NCBI RefSeq assembly: GCF_009914755.1
Contig: NC_060944.1
Length of the DNA stretch: 64,000 nt
DNA from: the human T2T-CHM13v2.0 reference genome, Homo sapiens
Reading direction: 5' to 3' (one strand)
Positions 53,820-64,000 of the stretch are shown here, one piece after another (position 1 is the first letter of the stretch; the number at the start of each line of letters is the position of its first letter). The notes beneath the pieces are model-generated. The model was not told the DNA's origin. It saw only the letters and a list, made by a program, of their open reading frames with translations, and searched no databases. Both the position numbers and the translations under genes were made by a program.

Positions 53820-54268
53820 CCGCTGTCTTAGGAACAACCTCTCCTAATGCTCTCCTTGTTTGCTCTGCTCCAGTCACAATCGCAGAACTTCCTCCAACAC
53901 ACCTTGTCCTTGGTGGCATCAGGACATTGGCACTTGCTGTTGTCTCTTTCTGAAATGAAATCCCCTTTCCCTTACTAGGGCTGGATCCGGTTTAACTCTT
54001 TACTCAGAGAAGTCCTCCCTGACCACCGTGGCTGAGGCGACGCCCCAGGGTCATTCTCTGATGCTGTGATCATCTGGGTTCCTTTGATTCTCAGCATTTA
54101 TCACTCTCTGAAACAAACCTGTGTATGCGTTTATTTCTTCATTACCTCACTTAACGTGTATGAAGACGGGCTGCATCTCTCCTGTGGGCCTCCTATGCCC
54201 AGCTCCTAGGAGGGTGTCTGATGCACAGAAGGGACTCAGCCATGACAGACTCAGTGAGTGCATGAATA
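53820..54268 (+). mobile_element. L2 fragment
   Basis: GCTCCAGTCACA..CAGGACATTGGCACTTGCTGTT..CTCAGAGAAGTCCTCCCTGACCACC. Confidence 0.65.
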
Positions 54269-54974
54269 TGCACAGAGCAGAGATGCTCCAGCAGGGTCCG
54301 AGCAATGATGTCCCTACCACTCAGAAATCAAAGGACCAGCTGTATCACCTTCACACAAGAGAGAATAAGCCTCACCCACACCAGCGAGACAGCAGAGCCT
54401 GCAGCTGCATTTCAAACCTGAGCCGGTTCTCTAGCCTGCAGGGATTCGAGGCTGAGAGGTGTGCATTTCAATCATAAGTTTTGTTTTTGAAAATCCTGAG
54501 ATTTCTGGCAATTTTGTTAATATTTGATGTATCAAACAATAATCAATATCTCTCTTAGGACACTTTTAGCCATGACTTTATATTAACCTATTTTATCTCA
54601 ATGTGCATTTGTTCTGGAATGAAAATCCAGTGTTTCTAAATTCAGATCTCCTAGGTTCCATATTTTCAACTCTACAAAATCTAATTAAACATGAGTTTAG
54701 AAAATGATCATTATCTCTCACATCCTGGGAGGGTCCACACAAGCGCTTCTCCAGGGGGGCTTGTCTTGAGTCAAGTTCTACTCAAGGCCATCATATGGGC
54801 AAGGCCAAATTTTAATCCAGTGATGGGGGTGGTGGAGGGAAGCTTATTTTTCATATTAAGACAAATACAGATTTGTAGGGCAAATTCACTAAGATTTTAA
54901 AGAAAAGGCTTCAATATTTAAGACATTTCACAATGAGGTGGGACACTTCTATGCTATTTTTGGCTTTCAATAAA

Positions 54975-55300
54975 CCCAAATAGCTAGAAGTGACCGTATG
55001 ACATCATTCTGGCCAATGAGTTTGATTCAGAAGTTTGTGGGAAGAGAGTCCTGTTGTGAATAAAATGGCAGCGCCTTCTCCTGCCTGGTGTGCCATGATG
55101 ATGCGGCCATGCAGACGAAAGCGGGATCAGGAAGGAGAAGCAGGATGGTGGAATGACCTTGTCCATTGACCCAACAGCCCTGGCCCGAGGCTGTCCAACT
55201 GTGGACTTGCTGTAACCAGAGAAGCTACCCCTCCCCTTGGCCGGGACTCTGTGGTAGAATTTTCCAGAAGTGACAGCTGAGTGCAGTCCCAGATGGAAAT
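54975..55300 (+). mobile_element. Old MaLR (MLT1J/K-like) LTR remnant
   Basis: TTCTGGCCAATGAG..AGAAGT.. and ..CAGCTGAGTGCAGTCC. Confidence 0.45.
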
Positions 55301-55534
55301 GCCTCGTTTGGCCTCCAGAACAGAGGCACAACAATGAGGTCCCACTGGGGATTTTCAGAGCTCAGGACAGGTGGCAGGTCACCTCTCCAGAAGTCTCTAC
55401 AGGACAGAGTTCAGAGAGGAGTTTGGCTCTGAGGCAACCAAGTTAGGCTTTACTGGAGCTGCCGGGAAACAGTAATGGTGGAAGAAATCCCCAATCCACT
55501 GGTACAGCAGGAAATGGCTTACCGCAATACGACT

Positions 55535-55950
55535 TGCTTAGGGCTTACAGGTGCCGTCTCGTATCCATGACCGGGTCAAACATAGAGCCTCCACATTCCC
55601 GTGCTTTGTCTCATAAAAGATTAGCTGAACTGTGGTTTCCACTGGTCAATCAGAACAAAGTGCTCGCTAACTGACTCAACTACGCTGTAGTTAAGAGTAT
55701 CTCCACAGGACCCTGGACTCCGACCCACCCTCTGCCGGACAGATCACGCAGCCTCTGCTCAGACACAAAGAGCACACTCCACGAGCTTTGCTTGTTCCTC
55801 TCTATAAAAGAAAAGCCCTTTTCTACCAGGCATTTGAGACGCTTGCAGATCTCAGGGTCAGAGTGAGCCCAGTTGCCACAGTCCCTTCCTTCAACTGCGA
55901 CAGTCTTTTCAAATAGCATCTCTCCTTCCATAGGTCTAGACTTGAACACA
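55535..55950 (+). mobile_element. Old ERV1-like LTR remnant, family uncertain
   Basis: LTR-like layout with TATAAAAG at ~55803 and CA-rich end. Confidence 0.45.
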
Positions 55951-56639
55951 CACATAATCTTGACATCCCCAAGCTGTAAGGGTTATGGGAAGTTATAGGT
56001 CCAATCTCGTTATTTGCTTGTGAGTAAATTCAGTCCAGGGCTGGTGAAAGGATTGTACTAAGTCTAGGTAGTGTAAGTGGTGAGCTCTGGGCCAGACCTG
56101 ACCCCTGCTTTCATGTTCTTTGCAGATTATCACAGCTACAAGGGCAATCCCAGGTGAGCTGATGCAGGCACACACATCTCCAAACACACAGCATCACACG
56201 TGCACAGGCACACAGGAATGTGTGCACACCTGTATCTACAGCCCCTGGTCAGTCCGAGGAGCAGCGAGTGTTGCTTTCTTCACACCACCCTATAGTTAGA
56301 TTGACACCTCACAATGAGAACGAAATCAGGAGGCCACAGCCCTGGATATACCCTGCCCTGCACAAAATCATCCAGTTCTCTGTCTCCTCTCTCTGTCCTG
56401 CTCCCGCTCCACAGCCACTTCTACCAGAGGTGGCCTTCTCCTGCGCTGCTCTACCCAAGTAATGGCAAGGCTGGAGGAGTTTGCAGTGACCACAGGACGT
56501 ACAGGCAAATCACCCTTCTAGGCCCCGTGTCTAGGAGTTGGACTATCAGACATCCCTCTCGAGAGTGGAATCGAGCAGGGTTTGTTCTTCTGTGTCTGGC
56601 CTATTTCACTTAGCGCAGTGTCTTCTGTGTTCACTTATG

Positions 56640-56990
56640 TTGCTAGGGGCTGAGGGAGGGAAATGGGGAAATAGACTCAAGTTCCAGTTAGGAGAGGTGA
56701 ATAAGTTCCAGAGATCTGCTGAATCACACAGTGGTTAGTGTTACCAATACTGAATAGTGCACTTTAGAATATGTTAAGGGGCCAGATCTCACATTAAGGG
56801 TTTTTATTGCAAAATAACAAACTCCCACACAGGAACACACCAGAATGTTTAGAGGTGATGGACATGCTTTGTCTTTTGATTGTGGTGATGGCATCACAGG
56901 TGCATACATATGTCCAAATTTATCAAAATGTATAAGTTAAATATGTGCAATTTTTATCAATTATACTTCAAAAAACTTCTAAAAAGTATA
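56640..56990 (+). mobile_element. L1MA/MB 3' end
   Basis: AATAAGTTCCAGAGATCTGCTG..GATTGTGGTGATGGCATCACAGGTGCATACATATGTCCAAA. Confidence 0.8.
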
Positions 56991-58299
56991 GTTAAAGAAT
57001 CAACTTTTCCTGTAGGAAGGGGAGGAAAGGGACTTTATCATGATAATATAGTATAATTATTTTATGTGCATTGCAAAACTAATATGTATATCATGTATAT
57101 TTTATGTACATAGCAAAATTCTACCCCCACTGCAATTTAAGTTAACAATCACTGAAGACTCATTTTGTGCCAAGCTATGTACCAGGCACCTAAGACAAGG
57201 CTCCACCTGCCAGACCCCACAGTGAAATGGTGCAGAAGTGGTAATAACAGTCAAGTAAATGTAAATACATGATATATGTACATAAACTTATAAATATGAG
57301 TAGGTGCATACAATAAGCATATAAATTCATATTCTTATACTGTATATGCAATACATATATGGAAATATGTATATTTATGAGCTTTATCTCATATAAAACT
57401 TAAGATAGGATGTTGTTGTCCATCCTGTCATCATGTGCTTTTTGAAAGTGAGGAAATTGAAGCTTAGGAAGTTGAATTAACTTGAACAGTAACACAGACC
57501 TCATAATGGGGTATCCCAAAATAAGACTCTGGTGGTCCTATTCCAGAGCCAGAAATACTAATTGTCTTATTGCATTGAAGACAGACACATAAATGGTCAA
57601 TTTCAATAGAATGGACACTGTTACAAAGGAGGTGTGACTAGATCCTAAATCCATCCTGAAGTTTACTCAGAAGGGAAAAGAGAACACAGCTTTATCAGAG
57701 AAATCTAACCATCCAAGAATGCTGGGTTCTTGTAACTGCTTCCATGTTCAGTTTGCTGTGGTATGTTGCTGGGTGCAAATGGATGAAAAAGTCCAGTCTC
57801 ATACAGATATGCAGTTGGAAGGGAGACGGATTTCAACAGTGTTTACAGATCTCTTCAGTTCCTTGTGCACATTCTTTTTTGATACTATACCAAAACTTAG
57901 CAGCAGTCATTTTTTTAAAGGTTACATGCAATGCAAGTCTGAAGTTACATGAATTAACTTTTCATGTTCTATTAAGTGAAAATCCACTGGCCTATTTGAA
58001 GTGTAAGGGAATCTTTTACCAGTGCATAATTTGATAACATCATGTTGGTCAGTGGGAAAACAAAAGTTCACTATGTTAGGCAGATTTTCCATTATGCAAT
58101 ATCAGAAAATGAATAACATTTGCTAATATCACCAGATCTCATTAGAAAAGGCTTGAAGTCTGGGGATACTGCCAAGACAATGAGTGTAGATACAAGTTTT
58201 CCAAAATTTTTATTTGAACTTAGAAGCTCAAATTTTATCACTGGAAACAAATACTATTCGTTACTTTCCTCAAAGTGACAGGCTCACTTCGTTTATATT

Positions 58300-59362
58300 T
58301 TTAAATACACTTTTTATTTTAGCAGAGTTTTAGGTTTACAGAAAAGTTGTGAAGAGAATGCAGAGTCCACATACACCCCACATCCAATTTCCACTGGTGT
58401 GAATACTGATACATTGTTATTAATTTAAGCCCATAGTTTATTCAGATGTCCTTTGTTTTTACCTACGGTCATTTTTCTCACAGAAAAGGATTCTGGGATG
58501 CCCCACAGTCCCATCCAGGATATCACAGTGCATTTAGCCATCGTGTCTCCTTAAGCTCATCTTGGTGGTGACAGTTTCTCAGACTTGCCATATTTTTGAT
58601 GACCCTGGCAGTTTTGAGGAGTACTGGTGTATTCGTCTTTTCTCATGCTGCTAATAAAGACATAGACTAAGACTGGGTAATTTATAAAGGAAAGAGGTTT
58701 AATTGATTCACAGTTCAACATGGGTGGGAAGATCTCAGGAAACTTACAGTCATGCTGGAAGGCACCTCTTCACAGGGTGGCAGGAGATCGAGGTGCCCAG
58801 CAAAAGGGGGAAAAGTCCCTTATAAAACCATCAGATCTCGTGAGAACTCACTATCATGAGAACATCATGAGGGGGCCAGTCCCATGATCTAAGCACCTGC
58901 CACGAGGTCCTTCCCACAATATGTGGGAGTTATGGGAGCTACAGTTCAAGATGAGATTTGAGTGGGGACACAGCCAGACCACATCAACTGGTCAGGTATT
59001 TTGTTGAATGTCCTTCAGTTGAGATTTGTCTGATTTTCTTTCTTGTGGTTAGACTGGGGTTATGGGCTTTGGGGAGGAAGACCACAGAGGCAAAGTGCCA
59101 TTTTCACCACATCTTATCCAGGGAGCATATTTTCAACTCTTGATGTTGACCTTGATCACCTGCTTGCCTCAAGGAGCTTTCATCAGCTTTCTCCCTGATA
59201 AGGTTTCCCTTTTCTGTCACCCCCTGCACACTGTGTTCTTTGGAGGGAACTCCCTATGCAGGGTGCAACCTGTACCTAGGGAGTGGGAGTGAGGCACCCC
59301 CTCCTTGAGGTTGGAGCACCTACGTGAATTATTTGGAATTCTTCTGCACAGGAGATTGGACC
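58300..59362 (-). mobile_element. L1MC-like 3' end, split by a THE1 LTR
   Basis: TTTTAGCAGAGTTTTAGGTTTACAGAAAAGTTG..; ..GAATTATTTGGAATTCTTCTGCACAGGAGATT. Confidence 0.85.
58628..58986 (-). mobile_element. THE1 (THE1C-like) solo LTR
   Basis: 359 bp, TG..CA termini, 5-bp TSD ACTGG. Confidence 0.92.
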
Positions 59363-60819
59363 TAATTTATTTTGGTGAAGATTTGCAAAATATCCAAGTC
59401 TGAACAACTGTAGTTTATCTGTCAGTTAATCTTTCAAGTAAAACTGCTGTTTCTTGAAAAACAGAGCAGTTCAGTGCTCTGCTCAAATGAGCGTACCGAG
59501 TTTTTCCTTGGGGCAGCCATTGGGTCCTGGTAAGCCACAGAAGACCCTTAGGCCCATCTCCCTCATCATCACACAAAGTGTTTGCTCAGAGCACCCAAAG
59601 TTCAAGAATTAATAAAATTAATACTTTTTACTGTTTCTATGAGTCAGTTCTTAAGTGATATTGGCATTGCTTTATTTTCCTGAAAAGCGTGGTGATGAAG
59701 GGTGCAGGGATGGCCCATGCTGTTCAGTGCCCCATCCTTGGTCCATGCAAAGGTGCCAGCACTTTTGCCTACAGTTGTTCTTGCCCCATCAGTGTTAATG
59801 CCAGTGGAAAAGACAGATAATGTCATAGTATGATTGTGAAAATAGTTTTGACTTTATGAACCCTTCAAAAGAGGGTACCCTAGAGGTACCCTGGAGGTCC
59901 AGGGGGTACACTTTGGGAACCACTGTCAGAAGGTAAAAACGTAGCTTCCTCTTGACCTAGTTAACCTTAGCTCTCCAGGTCTCTCAGAGAGAATCAAGAT
60001 CAACCTGCTGTAGTCAACCTGTTGCTCTCCATGGTCCTACAGATTCTCATGGTCACCTTGACTTTGCTCCAGCTGTTCCTCATTTCTGATGCTCTCCTGT
60101 ACCAGAACAATGGGTGCCTATTGGAAAAGTCACCCTGAAAGCCCCAACGCCACCTCCCCAAGGCCCCAAGTCAGGAAACCGTAAAGTCTTCCTCCTGGTT
60201 CCTTTTTGTATTCATTGTCCCCCAGATTTTAAAAATGTCTCCTGCCTTATTACTGATTAATTCATTGAACACTTATTAAGCACCCTATTGTGCTGGTCCC
60301 TGGGCTCATTACCTTGAGTGTCCTGCTCTTCCGAAGAGAGAAGATGCACTCAGCCTTTCCAGGCAAATAAAACATTAACCCTTTCCCCTGAGTCTTAAAA
60401 AATTTTATTTTGAGCCAGAGTTAAATTATCAGCATATATAAGCCTAGTTATTAATTACATTCCTTCTCATTAAGGAAGTTTCCAGGGTCAAGTTTTCAAC
60501 TGAAGTTTCTAGGCAGTTTGCCCAAGTAAGGACTTCATTAAGAACCAAGGCAAACATTAAAAAAAAAATGCAGAGAGCTCAAAAGGGACAAGGAAATGGC
60601 CAGGGAAGATGGAAAGCCACGTTTTCCTAATTTACTCTCTCACCTCGGGCTCCCTCTTTCGCCCTCTTGGATCTTGGTTGTTGGGGATGAAGAGAGGCCA
60701 GCTTTGAAGGGATCTCAGTCATACCTCTAGGGCTCTCAATCTGGAAGTATTTCCAGGAGATGGAAGGAAGAATGCCAAGAAGGACTGCCTGCTCGAAAAC
60801 GAGAGGTTGGTTTTGTGAT

Positions 60820-61330
60820 TCTGTCTATTGCGATAGATTCATCTGCAAGAAACAGAATCACCAGCTAAGAATGCATTAAACTCAAAGACATGCAATCATC
60901 TCACTTAACAAAACGTTTGGAGGGAGAGGATCTTGGGCCTGATGCAGTGGTCCATTGAGGACCCAGGTTCTTCCTCTACTTCCACTCTGCCATCTTCCCT
61001 GTGTTGCTGGTTAAGCCTGGGGCTTTCTGCCCTCTGTTTGCACAGCTTTGAGTGTCCCATGCAACGATAACCAAATTCGAGACAGGAAGAAGGAAGGAGC
61101 AACTTCTCCTTTCCTCTTTTAATCAGGGAGTAAGCTCCTTCTGAGCCTCCACAGCAGTCTCCCCTTCATGTACCATTGGCCAGAAATGGTTCCATGCTCA
61201 CCATGAGCCCTTCCTGTGGCAAGTGAGAATGATGTCAAGGTGGGAATGCGTGGTTTATCAAGGGCCCAGCTTCCCTCAGCAGGTAGCCGCTTGAACCAGA
61301 GTAGGGTTTCCTGAGCTGGGAAGGGGAGTG
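60820..61330 (-). mobile_element. MLT1K/L-like MaLR LTR remnant
   Basis: GGACCCAGGTTCTTCCTCT..CTCTGCCATC..CATTGGCCAGAA. Confidence 0.6.
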
Positions 61331-61999
61331 GCAATGGTCACAGGAAGGTACCCAGCACTGTTCAGCATGGTAAGTCAAGGAGACCCTTCCCAGGTCCATG
61401 TGAGGTTCCCATAGTGTGAGGCTACCAACCATCCATGTTCCCTGGGAGCAAAAGACCCCTTCCTACTCCACCTAACAGATGCAGGCATCCCAGAGAAGCA
61501 AAGCGCCCTTCCTAAGATCAATCCCAGGTCCTCCCAAAACCAACATCCATGCTCTCAGCCCTTCCTTCTCGTTGAGGATGTTATGGAGAAAATAAAAGAA
61601 TCAACTGCATGGGCCTTGGACTAGAGGTTCCTTAAACAGACCCATTCTATTCCTGAAATTCTATTACTTTAATCAATCACCATGATACCAAAATGAAATG
61701 CATTTATTCACTGTCATTGTTGGGTAACACAAATTAATATGTAGATACAGATGGCACTGAGTATTTTGAAGCAAAATACAATGTATATCAAAGAAGCAAA
61801 AACCATGTACTTATAGGACTGAATAGTTTAAGCAAATTCACAGCATCATTGGGTGTGAATTTGTTGAGCAGAGCACAGCCTTTTGCCTAGAAGTGGCAAT
61901 TTTTGAACAGCATTAGTTAAAAAGATAAACCTCCCCACAAAGGAGAAAATTTCTAAGACCTATATAGTAACACAATGTTTTATGGGGTGAAAAGTCATA

Positions 62000-62035
62000 G
62001 AGATGACAGATGAGATGAGATGAGATGAGATGAGA
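62000..62035 (+). repeat. (GAGAT)n pentanucleotide repeat
   Basis: Direct observation. Confidence 0.9.
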
Positions 62036-63159
62036 GGAATTGATGGATACAAGGACAGATATAGGCAGGTGGAGCATCATCGTCATTGCATATTCACCCA
62101 CCCCCAACACTGAATAATAGTAACATCCAGATGGAAATCTCAATGCTCTCAGGACACCTGAGGGCATCAAAACTTTTCTAAGGCCCCAAAGCTAACTCCC
62201 TCTGAAGGGTTTTCTTGCATCAGCTCATTAGTAAGATTCTTGGTCACTTTCTACAGTCTCCACCCAGTTTTGAAATACTGAGAATTTCAAGAATTAAGAT
62301 GAGCGAACTTTCTAATCTGCCAGTGTGAACATAACTAAACCAGCTTCCCTGGGAAAACCACAACTTCTGAAGAAGCCACATCTGAATGCTGGGGTCCATC
62401 AAATGCACGTCTTGCATTTGAAAATCAAGGGTATCCCCCAGAGGAGCCTGCACCTGGAGACACACTTTAAACCACTCATTCCTCTGGGAGAGAAATAAAT
62501 TCCCAGTATTTTAGTAAATTGCTGCCTAAGAAGGGCAGAGAAGAGACAATAGAGTCGGTTGCTTCAGTTCCTTGTGACTTCAGAAACCACTCAGGAGACC
62601 GGAAACTTTCCCAGCTTGTTATAAGATTAATAATTTCTGGGGTCTTGCTTACACAGAAATGGAAAAATAGAAGATTGTTTCGTGTTCATCTTTTCTTCCC
62701 ACCTCATGCATTTTTCTTCTCAAGCATTCACACTTTGCCTCAGCTGAAGAGTTATTTGATTAATTTGCCGTTTGGTTTATTTTCCTTGTGACACCATCTT
62801 GCCCTGCAGTGTCGCTGGGCACCCTGGCCTCACCCCTGGCTCTGAGCCCATGGGTTTGGATTCTATCGCTGGTCTAGGCAGCTGACTCCGCTCACACTTC
62901 TGATTCTCCCATCGATGGTGCCACCTGCTCTGCTCTGGAAGCTTCTGGTTCCTTGTCTGCCAGCAGAGACATTCACACCTGCACCACAGGTGCACCCACA
63001 TGAAGAGGAGGCTGCTCATCCACTCTCTGTGCCCCCTACTTTCCTTGTTACCAAACCCTCAGAATCATTTCATCACCATCCAAATTAATGTTAATAGCAC
63101 CTATCATTTCTTGGCATTAACACATTACCCTAACAGTACACGAAAGACGTTACATGTGC

Positions 63160-63673
63160 TCTCTGGGGCAAGCAGAGTCCTAAGATGGACCCCAGTGAGT
63201 CCTACCCTTGTGCAATCCCCTCACCTTGACCCTCTAGCATAAGCAGAGCCTCTGAGTTGCTTCCAGTCAACAGAACACGGCACAGGCATTGGGATGTCTC
63301 TCTTGGCTACATGGCACCCCACAGAGATGTCATCTTCACAGACTGCACTGGAAGAAACCCCTGCTGGCCTTGAAGGAGCCTCCATGTCATCAGAGGGTCT
63401 ATGAGAGTTGGCACCCCTAAGACCTGAGAACAGCTCCTGGCTGACAGCCAGCAAGAATACAGAGACCTCAGTCCTACAGCTGCAAAGAACTGAATTCCAG
63501 CCAACAGCCATGTGAGCTGGGAAGAGAAATCAGAGGAGCACTGCCTGGCTGACACCTCCGCCACCAGCTGAAACCCCACGCTTGACCATGAAAATGTATC
63601 CTGAGATCAGTGCTTGCCGTTTTAAGTCACTATATTTGTGGCACTTTGTTCTAGACCACAGATATCTTCTACA
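63160..63673 (+). mobile_element. MLT1E/F-like MaLR solo LTR
   Basis: CTAAGATGG.CCCCAGTGA..GACAGCCAGCAAG..AAGAACTGAATTCCAGCCAACAGCCATGTGAGC..TTTTAAGTCACTA. Confidence 0.8.
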
Positions 63674-63722
63674 CTGGCTCATGGAATTCTCACCACAGCC
63701 GCAGAGCACAGGCAGAATTAAT

Positions 63723-64000
63723 GTAGTGCTTCTCAAAGTGTGGTCCTCAGACCAGCAGTGTCAGCATCCTCAGACCAGCAGTATCAGCATCCTCAGACCA
63801 GCAGTAACAGCATCCACAGACCAGCAGTATCAGCATCCGCAGACCAGCAGTATCAGCGTCACCTAAGGGCTTGTTAGAAGGGCCAGCTCTCAGGCCTCTC
63901 CCCAGATCTGCTAAATCAGAAACACTGGGTGTGAGGCCCAGCAGTCTGTACTTGGGCAAGGCCTCCAGGTGACCTTGGGGCACCTTCAAGCCTGAGAACC
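63723..64000. mobile_element. MER5A hAT fossil with an internal 23-bp tandem expansion
   Basis: TAGTGCTTCTCAAAGTGTGGTCC..CACCT..GCTTGTTAGAA..TCTCAGGC..AATCAGAAAC..TGAGAACC. Confidence 0.88.
63745..63859 (+). repeat. 23-bp minisatellite, 5 copies
   Basis: CCTCAGACCAGCAGTATCAGCAT at 63745, 63768, 63791, 63814 and 63837. Confidence 0.97.

Larger units (their letters stand above)
57735..59925. mobile_element. Charlie1-like hAT transposon fossil, split by L1MC (two parts: ~57735-58295 and ~59362-59925)
   Basis: CAGATATGCAGTTGGAAGGG..GATACAAGTTTTCCAAAATT..AAGTGACAGGCTCACTTCGTT; terminal ACACTTTGGGAACCACTG. Confidence 0.8.

Overview
Primate genomic DNA, most likely human or another catarrhine, given AluY, L1PA, THE1, MER52 and MER66-type elements. 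It reads as intergenic or deep-intronic. I can support no protein-coding exon, rRNA, tRNA or CRISPR/cas locus. The long ORFs are explained by tandem repeats, simple repeats, Alu/L1/LTR remnants or chance. The window holds 11 Alus, many L1 fragments, several solo LTRs (three with clear TSDs), hAT DNA-transposon fossils and MIR/L2 relics. Most notable: (i) a compound VNTR locus at 6.4-7.2 kb, made of a hierarchical 20-bp array and a near-perfect 5x87-bp array with no stop codon in any + frame; (ii) minisatellites and large simple repeats apparently born from transposon sequence; (iii) a perfect 15-bp-arm hairpin inside an AluY that looks like a template-switch scar; (iv) a ~90-bp ectopic L1 fragment flanked by 7-bp direct repeats; (v) candidate regulatory motifs: (GGAA)12, a duplicated MRE core, and a POU/homeobox cluster next to a Z-DNA tract. 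I found no convincing new multi-gene system. Repeat family names come from recall of consensus sequences, not a search, so subfamily calls and old-repeat boundaries are approximate.
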